Shown here: piece after piece, positions 51,460 to 62,933 of the stretch
Position numbering within the stretch: the stretch's first letter is position 1
Layout of the letters: the number at the start of each line of letters is the position of its first letter
The notes under the pieces: model-generated
The model's input: only the letters and a program-made list of their open reading frames with translations
What the model was told of the DNA's origin: nothing
The model's database searches: none
Program-made: the position numbers and the translations under genes
NCBI GenBank assembly: GCA_030390025.1
Contig: CM059433.1
Span: forward strand, 8,744,001-8,808,000
Length of the DNA: 64,000 nt
Reading direction: 5' to 3'
Origin: Squalus acanthias
Taxonomy: Eukaryota

Positions 51460-52240
51460 ACATAAGAAATAGGAGCAGGGGTAGGTCATTTGGCCCCTCG
51501 AGCCTGCTCCGCCATTCCGCGTCAGTGTCAGCCGTGGCTCAGTGGGTAGCACACTCGCCTCTGAGTCAGAAGGTTGTGGGTTCACAGTCCCCACTCCAGG
51601 GACTTGAGCACGTAAAGCTAGGCTGACACTCCAGTGCAGTGCTGAGGGAGTGCTGCACTGTTGGAGGTGCTGTCTTTCAGCTGAGATGTTAAACCGAGGC
51701 CCCGTCTGCTCTCTCAGGTGGACGTAAAAGACTCCCATGGGCACTATTTCGAAGAAGAGCAAGGGGAGTTCTCCCTGGTGTCCTGGGGCCAATGTTTATC
51801 CCTCAACCAACATAACAAAAACAGATTATCTGGTCATGATCACATTGCTGTTTGTGGGAGCTTGCTGTGCGTAAATTGGCTGCCGTGTTTCCCACATTAC
51901 AACAGTGACTCCACTTCAAAAGTACTTCATTGGCTGTAAAGAGCTTTGAGATGTCTGGTGGTCGTGAAAGGCGCTATAGAAATGCAAGTCTGTCTTTCTT
52001 TACTTCCTTCCAATAAGATCATGGCTGATCTGATCTTGGCCTCAACTCCACTTCGCTGCCCGCTCCCCATCACCCTTGACTCCCTTACCATTCAAAAATC
52101 TGTCTATCTCCAACTTAAATATATTCAACGACCCAGCCTCCACAGCTCTCTGGGGTGGAGAATTCCAAAGATTCACGACCCTCTGAGAGAAGAAATTCTT
52201 CCCTAACTCCGTTTTAAATGGGCGACCCCTTATTCTGATT
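51460..52240 (-). mobile_element. CR1 3' fragment split by a DeuSINE
   Basis: cctgctccgccattc / aataagatcatggctg halves flank the SINE. Confidence 0.8.
51519..52005 (+). mobile_element. Full-length DeuSINE (SacSINE1-like)
   Basis: tRNA-like head (tggctcagtggg, ggttcacagtccc), Deu core, (tctt)n tail. Confidence 0.85.
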
Positions 52241-52539
52241 ACCTCAAAAAAAGACATCTACTTGAAGAGAATAGGTGTATTTTTGGAGTAAGTCATGGTG
52301 CGGATGGCCTCTCATTTTTTTGTTTGTGTATCTGATGGTATTTCAGCTTCTAAACTAAATTCCCCTCAGTAGATAAATGCACCACCCAGTGCGGTACTGA
52401 GCGATAGAGGCCAGGTGGTCCTAAGTTCCCAGGCTGCACTGAGTTAGCTGAATGTCGATGGTGACCGGCCGTGGGACTCTGTGCCCATCCGTTGGATGGG
52501 GAGGTGGGGGAGAAATCAGCATAATATTTCCTGATCTCG

Positions 52540-52877
52540 CTGGGGGGGTCTAGAAATCTAGAAGTCTAGAACGAGGGGTCACAGTCTCAGGATACGGGGG
52601 TAGGACATTTAGAACTGAGATGAGGAGAAATTTCTTCACTCAGAGGGTGGTGAACCTGTGGAATTCTCTACCCTAGAAGGCTGTGGAGGCCAAGTCACTG
52701 AATATATTTAAGAAGGAGATAGATAGATTTCTAGACACAAAAGGCATCAAGGGGTATGGGGAGAGAGCGGGAATATGGTATTGAGATAGAGGATCAGCCA
52801 TGATCATATTGAATGGCAGAGCAGGCTCGAAGGGCCGAATGGCCTACTCCTGCTTCTATGTTTCTATGTTTCTATGA
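52540..52877 (+). mobile_element. CR1 3' fragment
   Basis: Near-identical to 7510-7828. Confidence 0.9.
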
Positions 52878-53174
52878 CCCCCTGCTGTACATGTGGACAC
52901 TAGGGAAAGACCTCATTCGGGTGAGCTGTGATGCCCCCCCCCCGATCCTGCAACTGCCGACATTCACTCCGTCGGTTCGCCCGTGTAGAGCCGCACTTAG
53001 CCAAGTGGTTGTGAGGCAGAAAATCTGTATAACTGGTAACTCTGTGCGTGCTTTTACTAATTTCCCCACAAAAGATTCTTGTCACACCAGCAACTGTCAA
53101 ATTGAGCCCCGATGTGAGTCAGCACTTTGAAAACAGAAGAGATGAAAAGGCAAGAAACTCGGGGGGGGGGGAAA

Positions 53175-55175
53175 TCATAAAATTACATAGGATTTTACAG
53201 CACAGAAACAGGCCATTCGGCTGCCCAGGTCGATGAGGAGTTTATGCTCCACACGAGCCTCCTCCCACTCATCTCCAACTATCAACATATTCTTCTATTC
53301 TTTTCTCCCTCACGAGCTTATCTGGCTTCCCCTTAAATGCGTCTATGGTATTCGCCTCAACCACTCCCTGTGGTAGCGAGTCCCACAGTCTCACCACTAT
53401 CTGAGTAAAGATGTTTCTCCTGACTTCCTTATTGGACTTATTAGTGACTTTCTTAGTATTTAAGGCCAACTAGTTTCAGAATCCCCCACAAGTAGAAACA
53501 TCCTCGCTACATCGACCCTGTCGAACGCCTTCATAATTTTAATGACCTCTATTAGGTCGCCTCCAGTCTTCTCCTTTCTAGAGAAAAGAGCCCCAGCCCG
53601 TTCAGTCTTTCCTGATACTTGTTCCTCTTACATAGGATTACACAGGATATACGGCACAGAAACAGGCCATTCGGCCCAACCAGTCCATGCCGGCGTTTAC
53701 GCTCCACTCGAGCCTCCTCCCGTCTTTCCTCATCTAAATCTATCAGCGTAACCCTCTATTCCCTTCTCCCTCATATGCTTGTCCAGCCTCCCCTTAAATG
53801 CATCCATACTATTCGCTTCAACCACTCCCTGTGGTAGCGAGTTCCACATTCTCACCACTCTCTGGGTAAAGAAGTTTCTTCTGAATTCCCTATTGGATTT
53901 CTTGGTGACTATCTTATATTGATGGCCTCTAGTTATGCTCTTCCCCACAAGTGGAAACATTCTCTCTGTAACCACTCTATCAAAATTTTTCATAATTTTA
54001 AAGACCTCTATTAGGTCACCCCTCAGCCTTCTTTTTTCAAGAGAAAAGAGACCCAGCCTGTTCATCCTTTCCTGATATGTATACCCTCGCATTTCTGGTA
54101 TTATCCTTGTAAATCTTCTCTGCACCCTCTCTAGTGCCTCTATATCCTTTTTATAATATGGCGACCAGAACTGCACGCAGTACTCTAAGTGTGGTCTAAC
54201 CAAGGTTCGATACAGGTTTAGCATAACTTCCCTACTTTTCAATTCTATCCCTCTAGAAATAAACCCTTTTGCTTTTTTTTATGACCTTGCTAACCTGCGT
54301 CGCAACTTTTAGTGATTTGTGTATTTAAGAACATAAGAACATAAGAAATAGGAGCAGGAGTAGGCCAATTGGCCCCTCGAGCCTGCTCCGCCATTCAATA
54401 CGATCATGGCTGATCTGATCCTAACCGCCAATCTACTATCACAGAACCATCTCCTGAACCGAACAGAATTGGACACACGAAATAGGAGCAGGATCAGGCT
54501 ACACGGCCCCTGGGCCTGCTACGCTACCCACAGGGCCATGACCGTTCCGAACCTAATCTCATGTCCAAATTCCTGCCCGCTCCCCGTAACCCTTAATTCC
54601 CTTTACTTCTAGGAAACTGTCTATTTCTGTTTTAAATTTATGTAATGATGTAGCTACTAATTATGCAATGATTTGTATTCCGAGATCCCTTTGTTCCTCT
54701 ACCCCACCTAGTCTCGCATCCTCCAAGTGATAAGTGACATGAATCTGTCATTCATGACTTATGAAATAATACTGAGTGGCCTGTGGGTGGCGCTGTCCAG
54801 GGAGAGTATAAATATTCGGGCACGGGCCCAGCTTGCGCAGGACATTCTTAACAGGAACTAGTGAAGGACCCAACTAGATCTCCATATTGTAAAACAGTTG
54901 ATTAAAGCTTTGTTTAACGCTTAGACCAAGTGCCTAGTAGTTTTCTTACATCAATAAGTGACCTCCCTATTCTTCCTACCAAAATGTAATACCTCACATT
55001 TATCTGTGTTGAACTTCATTTGCCAATTATGTGCCCATTCTGCACGTTCTTAGTTCTGGTATCATCCTTGAAAATATTTTTTTGGCACTTTCTCCAGTGC
55101 TTCTATATCCTTTTTTGTAACGTGGAGACCAGAACGGTGCACAATCCTCTATAATGTGGTCTAACCAAGGTTCCA
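53175..55175 (-). mobile_element. Nested CR1 cluster (old CR1 > younger CR1 > CR1 3' module and solo LTR)
   Basis: ORF 53730-54242 is a CR1 C-terminus; successive tails at ~53180, ~53630 and ~54327. Confidence 0.85.
54735..54953 (+). mobile_element. Solo LTR (219 bp)
   Basis: TG..CA termini (tgacatga/ttacatca), 5-bp TSD ATAAG, TATAAA at 54807, ATTAAA at 54901; host CR1 restored on removal. Confidence 0.7.
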
Positions 55176-55828
55176 CATTTAAAAGTGGCAAAAATCAAAA
55201 AGAAACAATTTACCACTGGCGATTTTGTCAGTCTTCACATCCGGTAACTCTTAGAGGCTGACGAGGATATAAAGTACTAAGATGAGGAGGCCTATGGCAG
55301 CAGTGATATTGAAATCCACAGAGATACCTGTAGCTGAGGGAGGGACAGTTACATGTTGCTGGGCGGAAAATCCTGCAGGGCCCACCGATCTCCCTGCTCG
55401 AACTCCCAATACGCATTCCTGGCACACGAAGCCCCGCTCTGGGAGCACAAATTCATGAAATCTAGCCGAATGTGCAAGCGTTGTGAAATTGCACACTATC
55501 ATGTTACTTTGCAGTAAAAGCATGAACCTCCTTGCGCCACTTTTAGATGTACGAACAGGGAACGATGCCGTTCCCCATTCCCTTTCTGCAGCACTGCAGC
55601 ACACAGTCCATGTGTCAGACTGTAATCTGATACGACCGGCCCTGTGTTACCTCAGTGAGGAAATGTCACGTAAAGAGTAGAGGGAATTAATTGAATTTGG
55701 ATCAAACTAATTTCAATTTCCTGTTGGAGTTTTAGCATCTGTGCTCAAACTAACAGTGAGCCTATATATATTCTCACTGTCACCAGCTCTGTTAGAAATT
55801 AGCCAGAATGGCTCTCGTCAACTTTAAT

Positions 55829-57175
55829 GGCCTGGATGTTAACAAAAATGAGAAGTCGCACAACACCAGGTTATAGTCCAACAGTTTTATTTAAAATTAC
55901 GAGCTTTCGGAGCTGCTGCCCCTTCGTCAGGTAAAGGTACATTGAAGGAATCTATTACACAGTATATATACACAGAGAGCAATTTGTCTGCAGAGATACA
56001 ATCTGTTAGGAGGCATTACATCAAAGACACTTCAGAGCACAGCTAAGACAATGAGGTGGGTCACAGGGGGTCCAACGTGTCAAATCCTGCCGTCTGCAGT
56101 TGAGCTTTTAACTTTTTTTTTGTTTGTTTTTTTTTGTGTTTTTTTAAAAAACTGGAAAGACAGACAACGATGTCTGTCATTTGACGGCAACATTTGACAC
56201 GTTGGACCCCCTGTGACTCACCTCATTGTCTTAGCTGTACTCTGAAGTGTCTTTGATGTAATACCTTCCTAACAGATTGTATCTCTGCAGAAAAATTGCT
56301 CTCTGTGTATATATACTGTGTAATAGATTCCCTCAATGTACCTTTACCTGATGAAGGGGCAGCAGCTCCGAAAGCTCGTAATTTTAAATAAAACTGTTGG
56401 ACTATAACCTGGTGTTGTGCGACTTCTCATTTTTGTCCACCCCAGTCCAACACCGGCATCTCCGCATCATGGATGTTAACAGGGGCGGGTTGTGTAGGCG
56501 GGGACAGAGATTCGGACGGGAAACCCCGAAGTCTGGGTTTCCGCGCATGCTGTGGAGTTTTCTGGCCCTAATATGTTCCCCTGATTGACAGCGTAGCTTT
56601 CAGTCAGGTGGGGAGCACTCCAGAGCAGGCCTCAGGTCCAGGGTGGTCTGATCCATGACCCCGGAGTAGGGTCCGCACTCCGACCTGGTGGGGGGAGTCT
56701 GTTCGATCTGAGGGGGGGAGGGGTCTGATCCCTGACCCTGGGGGGGTCCGATCCGCAACGCCAGGGGCCTTTGTATGGGGGGGGCGGGGTCTGATGGGCG
56801 GGGAGCTTAGGGGGTGGGGGAAAGCCTCCTGCTCCTCCTGGCTCACACAAGCAGTGCTGTGAAGGCACTTACCTTCTCCTGAAGTTGTCCTTGCCTCTCT
56901 TTAGATGCCGGGTTTCCCGAGGCCTGGAAAACCCAGCCGCCCACTGTAAAACCTGCAAATCAGCACTTTTACGGCCTTCTGGGCATGCACAGTATCCTGG
57001 AGCCGGGCATGCACACCCGATCCCCTTCTGGACATGCGCGCTGTTTACCAAATCCGCACATGCACAGAACCCAACAGTTGCAGCCTGCAGTGGGCCACGC
57101 TTTCCTCAGCTCCGTGGGAGAAGGTCACTGGATCTGTTGGTGGTCGGGGGGGGGGGGGGGTCGGGCGGGGAGGAG
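55829..57175. mobile_element. GC-rich TIR-like element, split near its end by the PLE fold-back
   Basis: Start ggcctggatgttaac resembles the terminus at 371; internal gggggtccgatcc units shared with 59620-59840; minus-strand AG|GTAAGT at 56867-56874. Confidence 0.45.
55843..56470. mobile_element. PLE family B-related fold-back, ~250-bp inverted arms, two hammerhead motifs (55897-55934 minus; 56344-56381 plus)
   Basis: Arms are reverse complements; duplication tggatgttaaca at 55833-55844 and 56470-56481. Confidence 0.85.
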
Positions 57176-58190
57176 AAAGAGGCTTAAAAGGGGAAAGAGA
57201 GAGGAAATTGGAGGGAGGAGGGAGAGGAGATTTGAGGGGGAGAGACAGAGGGTTGCAGGGGGGAGAGAGAGGAGATCGGAGGGGGGAGGGAGAGGAGATT
57301 GGAGGAGAGAGAGAGGGGATTGGAGAGGAGAGAGAGAGAGAGTCGGACGGGGGAGAGAGAGAGAGGATGGGGATAGAGGGAATCGGTGGGGGAGAGAGAG
57401 AAAGAGAGGAGGGGGAAGAGGGGAGAGTGAGCGAGGAGGGGGAGACAGAGAAGGGGAGAAAGAGAGAGAGACTTGGGGGAGAGAGAGAGACTGGGGAGAG
57501 AGAGAGAGAGAGACTGGGGAGAGAGAGGAGGGGGAGAGAGGAGGGGAAGAGATAGGAGATTGGAGGGAAGAGATAGAGGGCCGGGGGGAGAGAGAGAGAG
57601 GTTGAGAGAGAGAGGAGGGGAGAGAGAGAGGGGAGGGAGAGGAGATCGGAGGGGGGAGAGAGAAAGAGAGAGAGGAGGGGGGAGAGAGAGGAGATCAGAG
57701 GGGGGAGAGAGAAAGAGGAGATCAGGGGGGAGAGAGAGAGAGGAGGGGGATAGAGAGAGGGAATCGGAGGGTGAGAGGGGGAGCGATAGGAGGGGGAAAG
57801 GGGAAGAGAGAGAAGGGTGAGAGAGAGGAGGAGAGAGGGTCGGGGGGCGAGAGGGAGAGAGGAGGGGAGAAAGAGGAGATCGGAGCGGGGAGAGAAAGAG
57901 GAAGGGGAGAGAGAGGAGGGGAGAAAGAGAAAGAATTGGAGGGGGGAGAGAGAGAGAAGGGGAAATGAGAGAGGAGGGGGAGAGAGAGGAGATTGGAGGG
58001 GGGTAGAGAGAGAGGATGGGGAGAGAGAGGGGAGGGAAAGAGAGGAGGGGAAGAGAGAGGGTATCGGGGGAGAGGCAGAGGGTAAGAGAGAGGGGAGAGA
58101 GAGAGGAGGGGAAAGAGAGAGAGGATCAAAGGGAGAGAGAGGATTGAAGGGGGAAGAGAGAGAATGGGAGGGTAGTGTAGAGGAGGTCAG
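57175..58190. repeat. Polypurine (G/A) low-complexity tract, ~1 kb
   Basis: Direct inspection; punctuated by gatcgg/gattgg. Confidence 0.95.
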
Positions 58191-58462
58191 GAACATGGAG
58201 AGCACAGTGGGAATGGGGGAATAACGTGATCCAGATGGTAAGATGGTTCACATTCTTCCAACCCCACCCCCTTTACACCCGCGCCACGTTCTCCCTCTCC
58301 TCCCCCTATACTTGGTTGATTTCTCGGAAAGCTCAGTGCGTGTGTGGCAAGTGACATCAATGGACTGGACGAAATCCAGACGTCATGACACTGTCACTAT
58401 TCACTTCATACCCAATAAACCTGTTAACAATCCGTGACCCACACACAATGCCCCATTTATGG

Positions 58463-58680
58463 CGGGGGGAGGAGGTCAGGAACTTATTAGGGGGAAGGTC
58501 AGGAACCCGGGGGGGGGGGGGAGGAACTTGGGCAGGGGGAGAAGGTCAGGAACTCGGTGCGGTGGGGCGGTCAGGCACTTGGACAGGGGGGGAAGGTTGG
58601 GAACTTGGGGGGGTGAAGGTCAGGGTCAGGAACTTGTTGGGGGGGCAGGAACTTGTTTGGGTGGTGGGAGAAGGTCTTAA
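58463..58680. repeat. Degenerate tandem repeat (ggggaaggtcaggaactt, period ~24-30 bp)
   Basis: About eight recurrences of ggtcaggaac-like words. Confidence 0.65.
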
Positions 58681-58852
58681 CCCGCGAGGGTGAGCCCTGT
58701 CTGTTCTGTGTGAGCTCTGTTCTGTCTGGAGTATGCAGTCTAAATGGCTCGAATTACACTTTGCAAAGTAATTGATTACTTAGGCAGGCAGGATCTAATT
58801 ACACATTCCAGAGAAACTGCTAGGTGTGTCTTGTCCTCCAAGGTGACCCATC

Positions 58853-59572
58853 AGGTGCAGCCTTCGGTTGCCTGAGGAAGAGAGTGTTTGAAGACCAGGA
58901 CCTCAAACCCAGCACCAAGCTCATGGTCTACAGAGCAGCAGTGATTCCCGCCCTGCTGTATGCCTCAGAGACATGGACCATGTACAGCAGGCACCTCAAA
59001 GCACTGGAGAGGTACCACCAACGCTGCCTCCGCAAGATCCTGAAAATCCATTGGCAGGATAGGCGCACCAACGTCAGTGTTCTCGCTGAGGTCAACATCC
59101 CCAGCATCGAAGCTTTGACCGCGCTCGATCAGCTCCGATGGACGGGTCACATCGTCTGCATGCCCGATACGAGACTCCCAAAACAAGCGCTCTACTCGGA
59201 GCTCCGACATGGCAAGCGAGCCCCAGGTGGGCAGAGGAAACGCTTCAAGAACACCCTCAAAGCCTCCTTGAAAAAGTGCAACATCCCCACCGACACCTGG
59301 GAATCCCTGGCCCAAGACCGCACAAAGTGGAGGAGAAGCATCCGGGAAGGCGTCGAACACCTCGAGTCTCTTCGTCGGGAGCAAGCGGAAGCCAAGCGCA
59401 AACAGCGGAAGGAGCGCACATCAACCCAAGCACCCCACCCACCCACCGTCTGCCCCACCTGTGACAGAGACTGTAGGTCCCGCATTGGACTCATCAGTCA
59501 CCTGAGAACTCATTTTTAATGTGGAAGCAAGTCATCCTCGGTTCCGAGGGACTGCCTAAGAAGAAGAAGAAG
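58853..59572 (+). mobile_element. RTE-clade LINE 3' fragment with open frame
   Basis: AAFGCLRKRVF..TKLMVYRAAVIPALLYASETW..C2H2-like end; (gaa)n tail. Confidence 0.9.
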
Positions 59573-59847
59573 GTGTTGGAAATAAATGCTTTCAGTCTGG
59601 GGAGGAGCATTCCAGAGCATGCCTCAGGACCTGGTAGGTCCGATCCCCGACCCTGGAGGGGGGCCTATTCCCGACCCGGGGGGTTGGTCTGTCCGATCCG
59701 GGGGGGGGGGGCGGCGCAGTCCGATCCCTGATCCCGGGGGAGTCCGATCTCGGGGGTGGAGAGGGGGTCAAATTCCAAACCCCGGGGGCATTATATGGTG
59801 GGGGGTCTGATGGGCGGGGAGCTTGGGGGACCAGAGGAAACCCTCCT

Positions 59848-61230
59848 CCAAGTCATTAATATATATCAAGAAAAGCAGTGGTCCTAGAACCGACTCCTGG
59901 GGAACACCTTCCTCCAGTCCGAAAAACAACCATTCACCACTACTCTCTGTTTCCTGTCACTTAGCCAATTTCGTATCCATGCTGCCACTGTCCCTTTTAT
60001 TCCATGGGCTTCAACTTTGTTGGCAAGTCTATTATGTGGCACTTTGTCGAACGCCTTTTGGAAGTCCATGTACACCACATCAACCGCATTACCCTCATCA
60101 ACGCTCTCTGTTACCTCATCAAAAAATTCAATCAAGTTGGTTAAAAAACGATTTGCCTTTAACTAATCCCTGCTGGCTTCCCTTAATTAATCCACACTTG
60201 TCCAAGTGACGGTTAATTTTGTCCCTGATTACTGTTTACATAGGATTACAGAGGATATACGGCACAGAAACAGGCCATGCGGCCCAACCAGTCCATGCTG
60301 GCGTTTATGCTCCACTCGAGCCTCCTCCCGTCTTTCCTCATCTAAATCTATCAGCATAACCCTCTATTCCCTTCTCCCTCATATGCTTGTTCAGCCTCCC
60401 CTTAAATGCATCTATACTAGTCGCTTCAACCACTCCCTGTGGTAGCGAGTTCCACACTCTCACCACTCTTTGGGTAAAGAAATTTCTCTTGAATTCCCTA
60501 TTTGATTTCTTGGTGACTATCTTATATTGATGGCCTCTAGTTTTGCTCTTCCCCACAAGTGGAAACATTATCTCTGTATCCACTCTATCAAAACCTTTCA
60601 TAATTTCAAAGACCTCTATTAGGTCACCCCTGGGCCTTTTTTCAAGAGAAAAGAGACCCAGCTTGTTCATCCTTTCCTGATATGTATACCCTCGCATTTC
60701 TGGTATCATCCTTGTAAATCTTCTCTGCACCCTCTCCAGAACCTCTATATCCTTTTTATGTTTCTAAAAGCTTCCCCACTACTGAGGTTAAATTGATTGG
60801 CTTGTAGTTGATGGGTTTATCTTTACACCCTTTTTTGAACAATGGTGTAACATTTGCAATTCTCCAGTCCTCTGGCACCACCCCCGTATCTATGGAGGAT
60901 TGGAATATTATGGCCAGTACCTCCGCGATTTCCGCCCTCAATTCCCTCAGCGTCCTAGGATGCATCCCATCCGCTCCTGGCAATTTATCTACTTTAAGTA
61001 CAGCCAGCCTTTCTACTACCTCTTCTTTATCAATTTTTATCCTATCAAGTGTCTCCACTACCTCCTCCTTCACTATGTCTATGGCAGCATCCTCTTCCTT
61101 GGTGAAGACAGATGCAAAGTACTCGTTTATTACCTCAGCCATACCCTCTGCCTCCATGCGTAGGTCTCCTTTTTGGTCCCTAATCGGCCCCACCCCTCCT
61201 CTTACTACCCTTTCGCTATTTATATGCCTC
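59848..61230 (-). mobile_element. CR1 RT fragment with a nested younger CR1 (~60238-60757)
   Basis: ORFs 59884-60135, 60338-60730 and 60756-61361. Confidence 0.9.
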
Positions 61231-61258
61231 GTGATTCTAACCATTTTGATTTCAACAG

Positions 61259-61329
61259 TGAGTGCCGATGACATCGTTAGGGGAGCTGGTTTGGAAGAAT
61301 TACTTTGTCTGAAGGAGGAAGAGAGCTGA
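61259..61329 (+). CDS. Candidate terminal coding exon (xSADDIVRGAGLEELLCLKEEES*), phase 1 start
   Basis: Branch-like ttctaac, attttgatttcaacag| acceptor, protein-like frame ending in TGA; phase matches exon 3954-4026. Confidence 0.35.
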
Positions 61330-62214
61330 CTTAAGACACACTGCTGAAGTGACAAGCTCACTGAAGCACCCTGGGGTTAATGACTGTATCTCTACTAATG
61401 TTAATTCAGCTTCCTCACACTGTTAACAGAGTTGGAGCCAATAACACAGGGGTGCTTCAGCTTTAACCGTTTATTTTCATTCAGCTTTGTCACCCTGTCT
61501 GTCTCAGTAACTCCCTCCGTCAGTTCCCCTGGTGATGTCATTAGCACATACTGGTTAATGACAATATTCAAAAGAAATTACAGATATAAGCAGAAGAAAA
61601 CAAAAAGGACATCAAAGTTAATCCCAATTCTTTGTAACTGGTTGATTTTTCAATAGGCTCCTGTTGTCAAGACTTTCTTTTAAGGATTTGTTATGAGCAA
61701 GGCATGGGGGGGTCAGTTGTTTGGTACAAGATAATGGAAAACATTTTCTGCTCGGCACTCACACTTTGTACAAGCAGAGTGCAATTTTCATCCCATTGGA
61801 ACTGCACATTGCACCTGATTTTAACCCATTTTCGGTTTCCTATATGCATTGCAATGCACACAAGGCAGTTCATTATCGTCAAAAATATGGAGCTGACCCA
61901 TGACTACTGTGCGTAGGGTTTGTTTGGCCACACTCATCTTCTCCTTGTCCACTGTGAGCAAACTCTATGCACAGATGCCAGTGGGTTCCCTCCCCGTGTT
62001 CTCCACAGTCGTATCGTAAGAAAACATGGAATAAGGAGAGGTCACTCCAAGCCATTCCTTCCAGAGCCAGTCAGCTCTATTATGTACTGTATCCAGCCCA
62101 TTCAATCTCTTGAAGAAAGATTCTACAAAGATTCTCCCTACCCAACCCTAAATATAAATCAGACATATATATCTAGCTCTACATCTGCCCTACATTCTTC
62201 ATCCTTGGCCGCCA

Positions 62215-62680
62215 CCTTCTTCTTAGGCAGTCCCTCGGAACCGAGGATGACTTGCTTCCACATTAAAAATGAGTTCTCAGGTGACTGATGAGTCCAATGC
62301 GGGACCTACAGTCTCTGTCACAGGTGGGAGCAGCAGCTCCGAAAGCTTGTGATTTCAAATAAAACTGTTGGACTATAACCTGGTGTTGTGCGACTTCTCA
62401 TTTTTGTCCACCCCAGTCCAACACCGGCATCTCCGCATCATGACAGGTGGGACAGACGGTGGTTGAAGGGGTGGGTGGGTGGGGTGCTTGGGTTGACGTG
62501 CGCTGCTTCCGCTTGGCTTCCGCTTGCTCCCGGCAAAGAGACTTGAAGTGTTCGGCGCCTTCCCGGATGCTTCTCCTCCACTTTGTGCGGTCTTGGGCCA
62601 GGGATTCCCAGGTGTCGGTGGGGATGTTGCACTTTTTCAAGGAGGCTTTGAGGTGCCTGCTGTACATGGTCCATGTCTCC
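62215..62680 (-). mobile_element. RTE 3' fragment with internal deletion and nested PLE-B fragment (62330-62442)
   Basis: ETWTMYSRHLKA/SLKKCNIP join; PLE TSD acaggtggga at 62320-62329 and 62443-62452. Confidence 0.85.
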
Positions 62681-62933
62681 CTATCCAAACATATATATCT
62701 ACCTCTACATCTGCCCTACATTCTTCATCCTTGGCCATGGTATCAGCAGCTCAGGAACCAATGAGTTCAACACAGCATTCAATCACCTCTTTCTGTTTTT
62801 ACCCTAATAACTCTCATCCTGTTCCCTAACCAGATATGCATACAGTTCTTTCGGAAGATTTTATAGTTGGCACAACGTTGGTTGATTTTGCTGGGTATCT
62901 GTTCTCCATAAACACTCAGGAGGGAAAATCTTT

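Noticed and set aside
51519..51600. tRNA gene
   Set aside because: The A/B boxes belong to a SINE head followed by a Deu core; no complete cloverleaf. The same applies to 29402 and 40517.
56985..58224. 386-aa and overlapping ORFs
   Set aside because: By-product of the G/A low-complexity tract.
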